NCBI GenBank assembly: GCA_035632775.1 | Contig: DASQGE010000014.1 | Location: 13,705 to 77,704, forward strand | Length of the DNA stretch: 64,000 bases | Direction: 5' to 3' | DNA from: Solirubrobacteraceae bacterium | GTDB lineage: Bacteria > Actinomycetota > Thermoleophilia > Solirubrobacterales > Solirubrobacteraceae | Shown here: positions 30,838-39,823 of the stretch, piece after piece | How the letters are laid out: each line of letters starts with the position of its first letter | How positions within the stretch are numbered: the first letter of the stretch is position 1 | Translations under genes and position numbers: made by a program | Notes under the pieces: model-generated | What the model was told of the DNA's origin: nothing | Database searches by the model: none | Seen by the model: only the letters and a program-made list of their open reading frames with translations

Positions 30838-31184
30838 GCGACGCCGCTCCCGAGACCGAGCCCCAGGCGCAGCAAGCCGCGGCACAGGGCTATGAGGCCG
30901 CCGCCGCGCGGGTCGAGGAGATCATCAGGCGACTGGACTCCGGCGAGGCGAGCCTGGGCGAGACGCTCGAGCTGGTCAAGGAGGGCAAGGCGCTGATCGA
31001 GCTGTGCGCCGGCGAACTGGAGGCGGTCGCGGGGGCCTTGGAGGAGCTGCGCCTGGACGAGCTCGTGGCCAGGCTCGAAGGCGAGGCCCCGAAGAGGTCG
31101 GGCGCCAGCCCGACCGGTCACGACGGGCTCGGAAGCCCGGCGTCACCATCAAAGGGCGAGACAGGAGGTCCCGCCGAGGTATGA
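30834..31184 (+). CDS. xseB: Exodeoxyribonuclease VII small subunit
   Basis: YEAAAARVEEIIRRLDSGEASLGETLELVKEG..L...C; ATGA overlap with xseA. Confidence 0.88.
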   Translation: MSDAAPETEPQAQQAAAQGYEAAAARVEEIIRRLDSGEASLGETLELVKEGKALIELCAGELEAVAGALEELRLDELVARLEGEAPKRSGASPTGHDGLGSPASPSKGETGGPAEV

Positions 31185-32230
31185 CTACCTGGGAGCTGCT
31201 CGCGGGCCTGCCCGTGGAGATCGACGGCTACGAGCTGCAGGGGCTGGGAGAGACCGTGTCGAGCGAGTTCGAGCGCAAGAGCACGATCGTCAAGCTGCGC
31301 GGAGGCGGCGAGGAGGGCCACGGCGAGGACGTCACCTACGACGCGGTCGACCACGAGATCTTGCAGGCCGCCGGGCCGACGCTTGCGCTGGCGGGCTCCT
31401 ACACCCTCGCCTCCTTCACCGAGCGTCTCGCGGAGCTCGAGCTGTTCGGACAGCCGCCCCAGCGCGAGGTCTCGCAGAGCTACCGGACCTGGGCGTTCGA
31501 GTCTGCGGCGCTCGACCTGGCGCTGCGCCTCGCCGGCACGAGCCTGCACGAGGCGCTCGCGCTCGAGTGCCGGCCGGTGCAGTTCGTCGTGTCGCTGCGC
31601 CTCGGCGAGCCGCCGAGCATCGAGCCGGTGCGCCGGCGCCTGCAGCTGTACCCGTGGCTGCGCTTCAAGCTCGACCCGACCAGCTCGTGGGACGACGAGC
31701 TGATCGCGGCGCTGGTGGCGAGCGGAGCGGTGGAGTCCGTCGACTTCAAGGGCTACTACTCCGGCTCGATCGTCGACCAGCCGCCGGACCCGGCGCTCTA
31801 CGCGCGCGTGGCCGCGGCGTTTCCGCACGCCTGGATCGAGGACCCGGCGCTCACCCCGGAGACCGATGCGGCGCTCGCCGCGCACCGGGAGCGCTTCTCG
31901 TGGGACGCGCCGATCCACTCGATCGCCGACATCGAGGCCCTGAAGTATCCGCCGGAGATGGTCAACGTCAAGCCCTCCAGGCTGGGCGGCCTGAAGAGCC
32001 TGCTCGACACCTTCGACTATTGCAAAGCCCACGGAATCGGCAACTACGGGGGCGGCCAGTTCGAGCTGGGCGTCGGCCGCGGCCAGATCCAGTACCTCGC
32101 GTCGCTGTTCCACGCCGACGCGCCCAACGACGTGGCGCCGACCGGCTTCAACCTGCCCGATCCGCCGCCCGGCCTGCCGTCCAGCCCGCTGGATCCGGCG
32201 CCGTCGGAGCGGGGCTTTCGCTGGGGCTAG
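31181..32230 (+). CDS. Enolase-superfamily (MR/MLE-like) enzyme of unknown substrate
   Basis: N-terminal capping domain (GHGED), FKLD, metal-ligand candidates VDFK/IEDP/WDAP, VNVKPSRLG and YGGGQFELG. ATGA overlap with xseB. Confidence 0.72.
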   Translation: MTTWELLAGLPVEIDGYELQGLGETVSSEFERKSTIVKLRGGGEEGHGEDVTYDAVDHEILQAAGPTLALAGSYTLASFTERLAELELFGQPPQREVSQSYRTWAFESAALDLALRLAGTSLHEALALECRPVQFVVSLRLGEPPSIEPVRRRLQLYPWLRFKLDPTSSWDDELIAALVASGAVESVDFKGYYSGSIVDQPPDPALYARVAAAFPHAWIEDPALTPETDAALAAHRERFSWDAPIHSIADIEALKYPPEMVNVKPSRLGGLKSLLDTFDYCKAHGIGNYGGGQFELGVGRGQIQYLASLFHADAPNDVAPTGFNLPDPPPGLPSSPLDPAPSERGFRWG

Positions 32231-32349
32231 GAGCCGTCGAGGGTATCTTCAAGGCCGAGGCGGCCGTTCGGCCGGAGCGCCCTTCGTGCCGCAACTTCCG
32301 TCCCGCCGTCCTGTTTGCGACGGCATAGCGGCTAATACCAGCGCGAGGA

Positions 32350-33891
32350 GTGTCCGTGGCAGGCGCAGGAGCCGACAAGCGATCCGTGATCTTCGCCGCA
32401 GCAGCCGTCTCGCTGCTGTGTCTGCTCGCGCAGGCCCCGCCGGCGGGGGCCGCGACCAACCCGGGCGGCACAGCGCCCGCGGGTGGCGCCGCGCCGGCAG
32501 GGGGCGTGAGCACGCCGACCGCAAGCCCGCACGTCAAGACGGTGCGGATAGCGAGCGTGAAGTGCGTGCCCGTCGGCAGATGCAGCGCCAACCCCCGCCA
32601 GGTGTCGCTCCGCGGGACGCTGCTGATCGCGGGCCCGGGGCTGGCGAGCGGCATGGTCGTCGCCTTTCCGCGCACGCCCGGCGCGCGCATCAGCCGCGCC
32701 TCGCCGGGCGCGCGCCTGCGCAAGACGGCGGCGGGGCTGGAGGTGACCGTGCCGGCGAGCGCGCACTCGGGGAACATCATGGTGCTGCTCGGCAAAGGCC
32801 GACACACGAGCTCCTACGGGCCGATCTCGATCGTGCGCTACGCGCTGCACCCGCCCGCGCCGAAGGACCCGCCGCAGCCCGTCAGCACCGCGCCCGGCGG
32901 CAGCGCCTTCGAAGGGCAGGGCATGTGGATCTGGTATCTGAGCCAGTCAAACGGCGGCAGCCTCCCCGCGATCGTCGCCCAGGCCCACGCCGCGGGCGTG
33001 ACCACCCTGTTCGTCAAGAGCTCGGACGGATCGAGCAGCTACTGGAGCCAGTTCAGCCCCGCGCTCGTGAGCCAGCTCCATGCGAGCGGGCTGAAGGTGT
33101 GCGCGTGGCAGTACGTGTACGGGACGAACCCCGCCGGCGAGGCGAGCCTCGGCGCGAAAGCCGTCGCCAGCGGCGCGGACTGCCTGGTGATCGACGCCGA
33201 GGCCGAGTACGAAGGGCGCTACGGCGCGGCCCAAACCTACGTCGCCGACCTGCGCGCCAAGATCGGGCCGGGTTACCCGCTGGGGCTGGCGTCGTTCCCG
33301 TACGTCTACTACCACACGTCCTTCCCCTACTCGGTCTTCTTGGGGCCGAACGGCGCGCAGTTCAACGCGCCGCAGATGTACTGGAAGGACATCGGCGTCT
33401 CGGTCGACACCATCTACGCGAACACGTACATCGCCAACAGGATCTACGGCCACCCGATCATGCCGCTCGGCCAGACCTACAACCGCCCCTCGAACGCCGA
33501 GCTCGTGCGCTTCCGCGCGGAGGCCGTGGACTACGGCGCCACGGGGCTGTCCTGGTGGGACTGGCAGGAAACGCCGGGCGGCGAGTGGACCGCGCTGGCG
33601 GCGCCGCTGAGCCCGTTGACGAGCGTGACCCCGAATCCGGGCTACAGCGAACTGGCGCAGGGCAGCCGGGGCGATCCGGTGCTGTGGATGCAGGAGCACC
33701 TGGCGAGCGCGATTCCAGGCCAGGCGACGACGGGCATCTTCGACGCGACCACGACGGCCAACCTGAAGCGATTCCAGGCCGCGCACGCGATCGCGCCCAG
33801 CGGCAAGACCGAAGCGGCGACCTGGCAGGCGCTGCTGGCCCTCCCGCCGGTCTCGGTCAGCTGGACCGGCGGAGGACCCTCTGGCGCGTGA
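32350..33891 (+). CDS. Secreted TIM-barrel glycoside-hydrolase-like protein with C-terminal PG_binding_1 domain
   Basis: Signal peptide, Ig/IPT-like region, GMWIW..LFVKSSDG..IDAEAEYE, then L.QGSRG..V..MQ..L...TTG.FD..T...LKRFQ..H.I..SG. Confidence 0.75.
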   Translation: MSVAGAGADKRSVIFAAAAVSLLCLLAQAPPAGAATNPGGTAPAGGAAPAGGVSTPTASPHVKTVRIASVKCVPVGRCSANPRQVSLRGTLLIAGPGLASGMVVAFPRTPGARISRASPGARLRKTAAGLEVTVPASAHSGNIMVLLGKGRHTSSYGPISIVRYALHPPAPKDPPQPVSTAPGGSAFEGQGMWIWYLSQSNGGSLPAIVAQAHAAGVTTLFVKSSDGSSSYWSQFSPALVSQLHASGLKVCAWQYVYGTNPAGEASLGAKAVASGADCLVIDAEAEYEGRYGAAQTYVADLRAKIGPGYPLGLASFPYVYYHTSFPYSVFLGPNGAQFNAPQMYWKDIGVSVDTIYANTYIANRIYGHPIMPLGQTYNRPSNAELVRFRAEAVDYGATGLSWWDWQETPGGEWTALAAPLSPLTSVTPNPGYSELAQGSRGDPVLWMQEHLASAIPGQATTGIFDATTTANLKRFQAAHAIAPSGKTEAATWQALLALPPVSVSWTGGGPSGA

Positions 33892-33957
33892 TAGCCGGCG
33901 CGATGCTGCGTCCTCCCTCCCTCGTGTGCGTAGCACACTTCGGTCGGTGCGTCCTTA

Positions 33958-33988
33958 CCGATCGGAGATCGACGGGATCTCCGATCGG
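33958..33988. terminator. Perfect 13-bp hairpin between convergent genes
   Basis: CCGATCGGAGATC-GACGG-GATCTCCGATCGG; no U-tract, as is common in actinobacteria. Confidence 0.6.
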
Positions 33989-34028
33989 CCAGCATGGCTC
34001 TCGCGCGCCAGAGACGCCGGATGAGTAT

Positions 34029-35201
34029 CTAGACGCGCTGGATCAGGGTTCCGGTGCCGAGCCCGCCGCCGCAGCACATCGTCACGAACCCGATCTCCTT
34101 GTCGGAGCGCTCGAGCTCGTGCAGCAGCGTCGTGATCAGGCGCGCGCCGGTCGAGCCGAGCGGATGGCCGAGGGCCATCGCGCCGCCGTTGACGTTGACG
34201 CGGTCCATGTCGGGGCTCAGCTCGCGCCGCCAGGCCGCGAGCACCGGAGCGAACGCCTCGTTGATCTCGATCAGGTCGATGTCGTCGATCGACATGCCGT
34301 TGCGGTCGAGGATCTTGCGCGTGGCCGGGATCGGACCCTCGAGCATCTTCACCGGGTCGCAGCCGACGGTCGTCTGGTCGATTATCCGCGCGCGCGCGGT
34401 CAGCCCGAGCGCCTTGGCCTTCTCGGCGGCCATCAGCAGCACCGCGGAGGCGCCGTCGGAGATCTGCGAGGAGTTGCCCGCGGTGATCTTGCCGTCGGGC
34501 TTGAACGCCGGCTTCAGCTGCGACAGGGTCTCGAGGTTGGTGTCGGGCCGGATGCCCTGGTCGGCGACATAGGTGTCGCCGTTGACCTGAAACGGGACGA
34601 TCTCGCGCTCGAAGCGACCCTCCTCGGTGGCCTGATGCGCGAGCCGGTGCGAGCGCACGGCGAGCTCGTCGAGCTCCGAGCGGGGGACCTCCCACTGGTC
34701 GGCGATCATCTCCGCGCCGAGGCCCTGGCCGACGATGTTGTGCTTGGCCATCAGCTCGGGGGTGAAGGCGAAGCCGAAGTCTTCCTGGGTCTTCATGCCG
34801 GCGGCGAACGGGAAATGACCCATGTGCTCGACGCCGCCGCCGATCATCGCGTCGTGGACGCCCGCGGCGATCAGGGCGCTGGCGAAGTTGACGGCCTGCT
34901 GAGCCGAGCCGCACTGACGGTCGACGGTCGTGCCGGGAGTCTCGATCGGCAGGCCCGCCTGCAGCCAGGCGTTGCGCGCGATGTTGAAGCCCTGCTCGCC
35001 GAACTGCTGCACGCAGCCCGCGATCACGTCCTCGACCTCGCTCGCGTCGATGCCGGCGCGCGAGATGACCTCGGTGTAGCACTTGCCGAGCAGATCGTTG
35101 GGGTGGGTGTCCTTGTAGTAGCCCTTCTCCTTGTGCCCGCGGCCGATCGGCGTGCGCACAGCCTCGACGATCACGACCTCGCGGCCCTCTGGTTGCCTCA
35201 T
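34029..35201 (-). CDS. Acetyl-CoA C-acyltransferase (degradative thiolase, FadA-like)
   Basis: Motifs TVDRQCGSAQQA, TAGNSSQISDGA, EINEAFA, NGGAMALGHPLG and TMCCGGG. Confidence 0.95.
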   Translation of the reverse strand: MRQPEGREVVIVEAVRTPIGRGHKEKGYYKDTHPNDLLGKCYTEVISRAGIDASEVEDVIAGCVQQFGEQGFNIARNAWLQAGLPIETPGTTVDRQCGSAQQAVNFASALIAAGVHDAMIGGGVEHMGHFPFAAGMKTQEDFGFAFTPELMAKHNIVGQGLGAEMIADQWEVPRSELDELAVRSHRLAHQATEEGRFEREIVPFQVNGDTYVADQGIRPDTNLETLSQLKPAFKPDGKITAGNSSQISDGASAVLLMAAEKAKALGLTARARIIDQTTVGCDPVKMLEGPIPATRKILDRNGMSIDDIDLIEINEAFAPVLAAWRRELSPDMDRVNVNGGAMALGHPLGSTGARLITTLLHELERSDKEIGFVTMCCGGGLGTGTLIQRV

Positions 35202-35376
35202 GACTGGAAGTCCTCCTGAATCGCGTCTGTTGCGGTTGCGGTCTGGTTGCGGTCCGTTGCGTAACGTCTGCTGCGCGGAGATGGCATGCGCGGCACGCGG
35301 CGACGGGTCCTGAGGCGCCGCGCAGGGACGCTCAGAGCCCGCATCCCGTACTCTACCGCGCCCATCAACGATTAGA

Positions 35377-35392
35377 TTGACCAGTCAGTCAA
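35377..35392. promoter_or_regulatory. Palindromic operator TTGAC-N6-GTCAA between the divergent thiolase and 3-hydroxyacyl-CoA dehydrogenase
   Basis: TTGACCAGTCAGTCAA overlaps a TAGATT -10 candidate (35373-35378) and is 14/16 identical to 14901-14916. Confidence 0.65.
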
Positions 35393-35408
35393 CGGAGCTT
35401 CGAACCCG

Positions 35409-36203
35409 ATGAACGAGAGCCTCGCGATAGTCGGCAGCGGCGCGATCGCCTGCGGCCTTGCGGCGACCGCGGCCCACCACGGGCCGGTCCTGGTGCTCGC
35501 GCGCTCGGACAGCTCGGCCGAGCGGGCCAAGCAGGCGGTCGAGAAGACGCTCGACCGGCTGGGCGCCGAGATCGACCCGGAGCACGTGCAGGTCGTGACC
35601 GACCGGGACGCGCTCGCGGGCGCCGGCTTCGTGGTGGAGGCCGTGGTCGAGGACCACGACGTCAAGGCGAAGCTGCTGGGCGAGCTGGACGGCGTCCTGG
35701 AAGCGGAGGCGATCCTCGCGAGCACGACCTCGTCGCTGTCGATCGAGCGGCTCGCGCGAGCGAGCGGGCGCGAAGATCGTTTCGTCGGGCTGCACGTGTT
35801 CAACCCGGTGACGAAGATGAAGCTGGTCGAGCTGATCTTCCCGGCCGCAGCCACCGCCGAGACGCGCAGACGGGCGCTGGAGCTGTGCGAGACGTTCGAG
35901 AAGGTCCCCGTCGAAGTGCCCGACGTGCCCGGGTTCGTCGTCAACAGGCTGCTGTTCCCGTACCTGTTCGGAGCCGTGCGGCTGCTGGAAGAGACGGGCA
36001 TCGATCCGGCCAGCGTCGACACCTGCATGAAGCTCGGCGCGGGCCACCCGATGGGACCGCTCGCGCTGCTCGACCTCGTCGGCCTGGACGTGTCGAAGGC
36101 GATCGGCGAAACGATCGGCGAGCCCGTGCCCGATCGCCTCGAGCAGCTGATCGGCGAGGGCGCGCTCGGGCGCAAGAGCGGGCGCGGCTTCCACAGCTAC
36201 TGA
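35409..36203 (+). CDS. 3-hydroxyacyl-CoA dehydrogenase
   Basis: Motifs IVGSGAIACG, VVEAVVED..VK, ASTTSSLS, GLHVFNP, PGFVVNRLL and GHPMGPL.L.DLVGLD. Confidence 0.93.
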   Translation: MNESLAIVGSGAIACGLAATAAHHGPVLVLARSDSSAERAKQAVEKTLDRLGAEIDPEHVQVVTDRDALAGAGFVVEAVVEDHDVKAKLLGELDGVLEAEAILASTTSSLSIERLARASGREDRFVGLHVFNPVTKMKLVELIFPAAATAETRRRALELCETFEKVPVEVPDVPGFVVNRLLFPYLFGAVRLLEETGIDPASVDTCMKLGAGHPMGPLALLDLVGLDVSKAIGETIGEPVPDRLEQLIGEGALGRKSGRGFHSY

Positions 36204-36234
36204 CCGCAGCGCCGCCCGCCCGGTGGGCGAGGAC

Positions 36235-36379
36235 CGGCCGCCGCCGAGGAGCCGTCGCCGCCGAGGAGTCGTCGCCGCCGAAGAGCCGTCGCCACCGAAG
36301 AGCCGTCGCCACCGAAGAGTCGTCGCCGCCGAAGAGTCGTCGCCACCGAAGAGCCGTCGCCGCCGAAGAGCCGTCGCCG
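36235..36379. repeat. 17-bp tandem repeat (YCGTCGCCRCCGARGAG), about 8.5 copies
   Basis: Units start at 36252, 36269, 36286, 36303, 36320, 36337 and 36354, with a degenerate unit at 36235 and a partial one at 36371; no spacers. Confidence 0.95.
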
Positions 36380-36383
36380 AGTG

Positions 36384-36399
36384 TGTGACGTTTCTCACC
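36384..36399. promoter_or_regulatory. CRP/FNR-family-like site TGTGA-N6-TCAC(C)
   Basis: TGTGA CGTTTC TCACC is 9/10 of the CRP consensus and lies at the start of a 45% GC patch. Confidence 0.5.
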
Positions 36400-36459
36400 T
36401 GAGAATTTATGAACTCTGAGGTGACTTTTAGCTGGCATTCATCAACTTCGAGATACTCG

Positions 36460-36548
36460 TAACTGCGACACAGAGTCGCAATGCACACCCGCCTCCTCCC
36501 AGTGCGCACTGTCCGGCCCGCTCCCCCCGCGGGCCGGACGTGTTTTTT
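36460..36548 (+). ncRNA. Candidate C-rich small RNA (6C-like)
   Basis: Orphan AT-rich promoter-like region, hairpin TGCGAC/GTCGCA, CCCGCCTCCTCCC tract and a terminator hairpin with a TCCCCCC loop. No + strand CDS follows. The 5' end is a guess. Confidence 0.45.
36511..36548 (+). terminator. Intrinsic terminator
   Basis: GTCCGGCCCGC-TCCCCCC-GCGGGCCGGAC followed by GTGTTTTTT. Confidence 0.85.
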
Positions 36549-36669
36549 GGGGAGACAACCGCGCGGAGACCCCGCATATCGGTTGGTGTCGCCGGTCTCC
36601 CGACGGGCTGGCCGAGCAGAGAGCGCGCATCCGCCGATCCGGAGCGTAGGGCTGGCGACGAGGGGAGCT

Positions 36670-38007
36670 TCAGGACTCGGGCGAGGACTGAGCGCGATCG
36701 CTTTCGCGGCGCGGCGGCCGGCGGCCGGCGCGGATGCGGACCGCGTCTATGCGGTTGTCGCGCACGGACTCGACCCGGATCGAGAACCCGTCCGCATGGA
36801 CCGTGTCCCCACGCCTGGGCAGGCGGCCGAGCTCGGCGAACACGAAACCGCCGACCGAGTTGTACGCGTCGGAGTCGACCGGCAGGTGCAGGCCGTAGTC
36901 GGCGAGGTCGGTGATCGCGACGTGGCCGCGCACGAACCAGTCGCCGTTGGCCAGCTGCCTGACCTCGCCGGCGGCCGGGTCGGTCTCGTCGGCGATCTCG
37001 CCGACGACCTCCTCGACGATGTCCTCGACGGTGACGATCCCGACGACGCGCCCGTACTCGTCGACGACGACCGCCATCGAGGTGCGCTGGCGCTGCAGGT
37101 CGGCGAGCAGGTCGTCCAGCGGCTTGGTCTCGGGCACGATCGGCGCGTCGTGCACGATCGGCGCCACCGACGCGTGCGGCCCCTCGCGCATCAGCCGGTC
37201 CGCGAGCGCGCTCGCGTGCACGAGCCCGTGGACGCGGTCGCGGTTTTCGTCTTCGGTCACGATCAGCCGCGTGTGGCCTGAGGAGATGCACCGTTGCAGC
37301 GCGGTCTCGACGTCCTGGGAGCTGTCGACCGTGACCACGGCCGGAATCGGCGTCATCACCTGGCGCGCCTCCTGCTCGTGCAGGTGGAACACGCCCGTCA
37401 GCATGCCCGCCTCGCCGGGGTCGAGGTGTCCGCCGGCGTAGGACTCGGCGATCAGTCGCTTGAGCTCGTCCGGCGAACCGCCGCGGCGCTCGAAGCTGAT
37501 GTCGATCCCCATCAGCCCGAGAAGCCGTCCGGCGACGGCGGTCAGCGCGAGGATGAACGGGCGGAACAGCACGCTGAAGCCCTGCAGCGGCCTTGCGACC
37601 CGCCGCGCGACGACCTCGGCGCGATCGATGGCGTAGAACTTCGGCACCATCTCGCCGGCGATCAGCAGCGCGATCGTGATCAGCAGGAACGACACGGTCG
37701 CCGAGACGGCGACGGCCAGGCCGTGGCTGACGGTGTCGCCGAACACGCCTTTCAGGACGCTCGCGAGCGCGGGCTCGCCGAGCGCGCCGACGGCGATCGC
37801 GCTCATCGTCATCCCGATCTGGACGGCGGAGATGTACTCGTTGATGTTCCCGATCTGCTCGAGCGCGAGCCCGGCGCCGCGCGCGCCTTCCTCGCGCATG
37901 ACCTCCAGCCGCGACCGGCGGGAGCGCACGAGCGCGTACTCCGCGACCACGAAGAACGCGTTCACCCCGACCAGCACGGCCGTGAGGATGAGCTTGAGCC
38001 CGTTCAC
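36670..38007 (-). CDS. Hemolysin/CorC (CNNM + CBS pair + CorC_HlyC) family membrane protein
   Basis: Motifs [21 protein letters not shown]...[41 protein letters not shown] and SVGG. Confidence 0.93.
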   Translation of the reverse strand: MNGLKLILTAVLVGVNAFFVVAEYALVRSRRSRLEVMREEGARGAGLALEQIGNINEYISAVQIGMTMSAIAVGALGEPALASVLKGVFGDTVSHGLAVAVSATVSFLLITIALLIAGEMVPKFYAIDRAEVVARRVARPLQGFSVLFRPFILALTAVAGRLLGLMGIDISFERRGGSPDELKRLIAESYAGGHLDPGEAGMLTGVFHLHEQEARQVMTPIPAVVTVDSSQDVETALQRCISSGHTRLIVTEDENRDRVHGLVHASALADRLMREGPHASVAPIVHDAPIVPETKPLDDLLADLQRQRTSMAVVVDEYGRVVGIVTVEDIVEEVVGEIADETDPAAGEVRQLANGDWFVRGHVAITDLADYGLHLPVDSDAYNSVGGFVFAELGRLPRRGDTVHADGFSIRVESVRDNRIDAVRIRAGRRPPRRESDRAQSSPES

Positions 38008-38128
38008 GCCGAGGCGCCGCCCATCGGGGCCACGCTACTTCGGTGAGGTTCTTCGTCGTCGTTCATCGCTAGCCGACATCTCAACGGTAGCAAGGGGGCT
38101 CGTCGGAAGCGAACGGCCGCTGCGGCCC

Positions 38129-38410
38129 TCAGACGAGACGGTCGATCCGAGCGGCGAGCTCGAAGTCGGCCTCCGTCACGCCCCCCTGCGAGTGGGTCGA
38201 GAGCGTCAGGCGCACCTTGTTCCAGCCGTGCACGAGCATGTCCGGGTGGTGGTTCAGCTCCTCTGCCGCCTCAGCCACGCGATTCACGAACGCGATCGCG
38301 CCCGCGAAGTCCGCGAGCTCGAAGTCGCGCGCGATCGCATCGCCCTCGTGCCTGCGCCACTCGCCGCCGGAGAGGCGCCGCTCGATCTCCGCGTCGCCGA
38401 GCAATGTCAT
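38129..38410 (-). CDS. phhB: Pterin-4-alpha-carbinolamine dehydratase
   Basis: F..AIAFVNRVAEAAEELNHHPD....WNKV...LSTHSQGGVT..DFELA..ID. Confidence 0.92.
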   Translation of the reverse strand: MTLLGDAEIERRLSGGEWRRHEGDAIARDFELADFAGAIAFVNRVAEAAEELNHHPDMLVHGWNKVRLTLSTHSQGGVTEADFELAARIDRLV

Positions 38411-38479
38411 CGCAGGCCGAGCCTATCGCGATCGCCGTGCCCAGACCCGCGGCTGTTGCCGATGGGTCCTGGAGTCGGC

Positions 38480-39361
38480 TCACGGTTCGAGATTGAGCGG
38501 GTTCTGCTGGCTCGGCCCCGCGGTTTCGACCTCGCTCGACTTCGACGTCGCCAGCGAGCCCGCGACCGCCGCCGCTCCGATCGCCGCGCATCCGGCCAGC
38601 GCGAGCGCCTGCGCGCGATAGCGGGCGCCGAGTTGGATCACCAGCGCCGCCAGCGCGCCTCCGATCAGGCCGCCGATGTGCCCACCCCAGGAGATCCCGG
38701 GCACGGTGAAGCTGAAGATCAGGTTGATCAGGATCAGCATGCCCACCCCACTCTGCATGATCGGGATCTGGCGCGCGCGCATCTCCACCGCCGCCGCCCC
38801 CATGATCCCGAACACCGCGCCCGACGCGCCGACGGTCAGATCGTGGGGCGCCACCAGCAGCGCCCCGAGCGAGCCCGTCAGCAGCGACACGGCATAGATC
38901 ACGCCGAACTTGACGTGCCCGAGCGCGGGCTCGAGCATCGTGCCCAGGTAGTAGAGCACCAGCATGTTGAAGCCGATGTGCAGGAGGTTCTCGTGCAGGA
39001 ACCCGCTCGTCACCAGCCGCCACCACTGGCCGTGGGCCACGCCCTGACCGGCCAGCTGGGGCAGTTCGCTGCTGCCGAGCAGCGCGCCTTTCAGGTAGGT
39101 GCTGTTGCCGGCGCCGCCGCCGTTCAACGTCAGGTTGCCCTCCGTCAGGAACGCGATCACGTTGATCGCGATCAGCGCGTACGTCACCTGGGGCACGCTC
39201 GCCATGTCGCGCATGCGCACCGTTTTCGTGCGCTGTCTCGAGCACTCCGGACAGCGCATCCCCACCGGGGTCGGCGTCATGCAGTCCGGACAGATCGGTC
39301 GCCCGCAGGATGAGCACGACACGCCCGTCTCGCGCGAGGGATGGCGGTAGCAGGTGGCCAT
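38480..39361 (-). CDS. Rhomboid intramembrane serine protease with N-terminal B-box-like zinc finger
   Basis: CYRHP..ET...CS.CGRPICPDC...CPEC, WWRLVTSGFLH..LLHIGFNM, GASGA (catalytic S) and ISWGGHIGG (catalytic H). Confidence 0.93.
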   Translation of the reverse strand: MATCYRHPSRETGVSCSSCGRPICPDCMTPTPVGMRCPECSRQRTKTVRMRDMASVPQVTYALIAINVIAFLTEGNLTLNGGGAGNSTYLKGALLGSSELPQLAGQGVAHGQWWRLVTSGFLHENLLHIGFNMLVLYYLGTMLEPALGHVKFGVIYAVSLLTGSLGALLVAPHDLTVGASGAVFGIMGAAAVEMRARQIPIMQSGVGMLILINLIFSFTVPGISWGGHIGGLIGGALAALVIQLGARYRAQALALAGCAAIGAAAVAGSLATSKSSEVETAGPSQQNPLNLEP

Positions 39362-39460
39362 GTCCGCGCAGAGCCTATCTACGCGGGCCCCACCCGCCCA
39401 GCGCAACCGGCTCGAGCCCCGCGATGCGCCGAGCCGAGACAGGCCCGGCAGGCTCCCCGC

Positions 39461-39823
39461 TCAACGGTCGCCCAGCAGCCGCCGCGTCTCGCGGCTCAGG
39501 TCCTTCAGCGTGCGCCCGGCCGTCGCTCGCGCGCCGTCGACGATCCCGCCGCTCGAGACGTTCGCGTGCGCGCGCCTGCGCGCGCGCAGCAGCACCAGCG
39601 CCGCCCCCGCCGCGCTCCCCGCCACGACCGCCGCCGCCGGTCGCGCCCAGTTGCGGGGGTCGCGCATCGCCGACAGCTCCCACGCCTCGAGCTCGTCCGC
39701 GGCCAGCTCCGTGATGCTCTGCAGCGTGCCCTCCAGCCGCACCGCCAGGTCAGCCGGCGGCTCGACCGGCGAGAGCGCCTCGCGCAGCAGGCCCTCGAAG
39801 CTGCTGGAAGCCGTTTCACTCAT
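39461..39823 (-). CDS. Small single-TM protein coupled to the ECF sigma factor (putative anti-sigma)
   Basis: Overlaps the sigma stop codon; acidic helical N-terminus and a TM segment PAAAVVAGSAAGAALVLL. Confidence 0.6.
   Translation of the reverse strand: MSETASSSFEGLLREALSPVEPPADLAVRLEGTLQSITELAADELEAWELSAMRDPRNWARPAAAVVAGSAAGAALVLLRARRRAHANVSSGGIVDGARATAGRTLKDLSRETRRLLGDR

Noticed and set aside
36235-36379. CRISPR array (also considered for 48008-48096 and 61305-61415)
   Set aside because: Units are head-to-tail with no unique spacers, and no cas genes are present.
36481-36548. Leader-peptide attenuator (MHTRLLPV...)
   Set aside because: There is no stop codon before the terminator and no downstream + strand gene to regulate.
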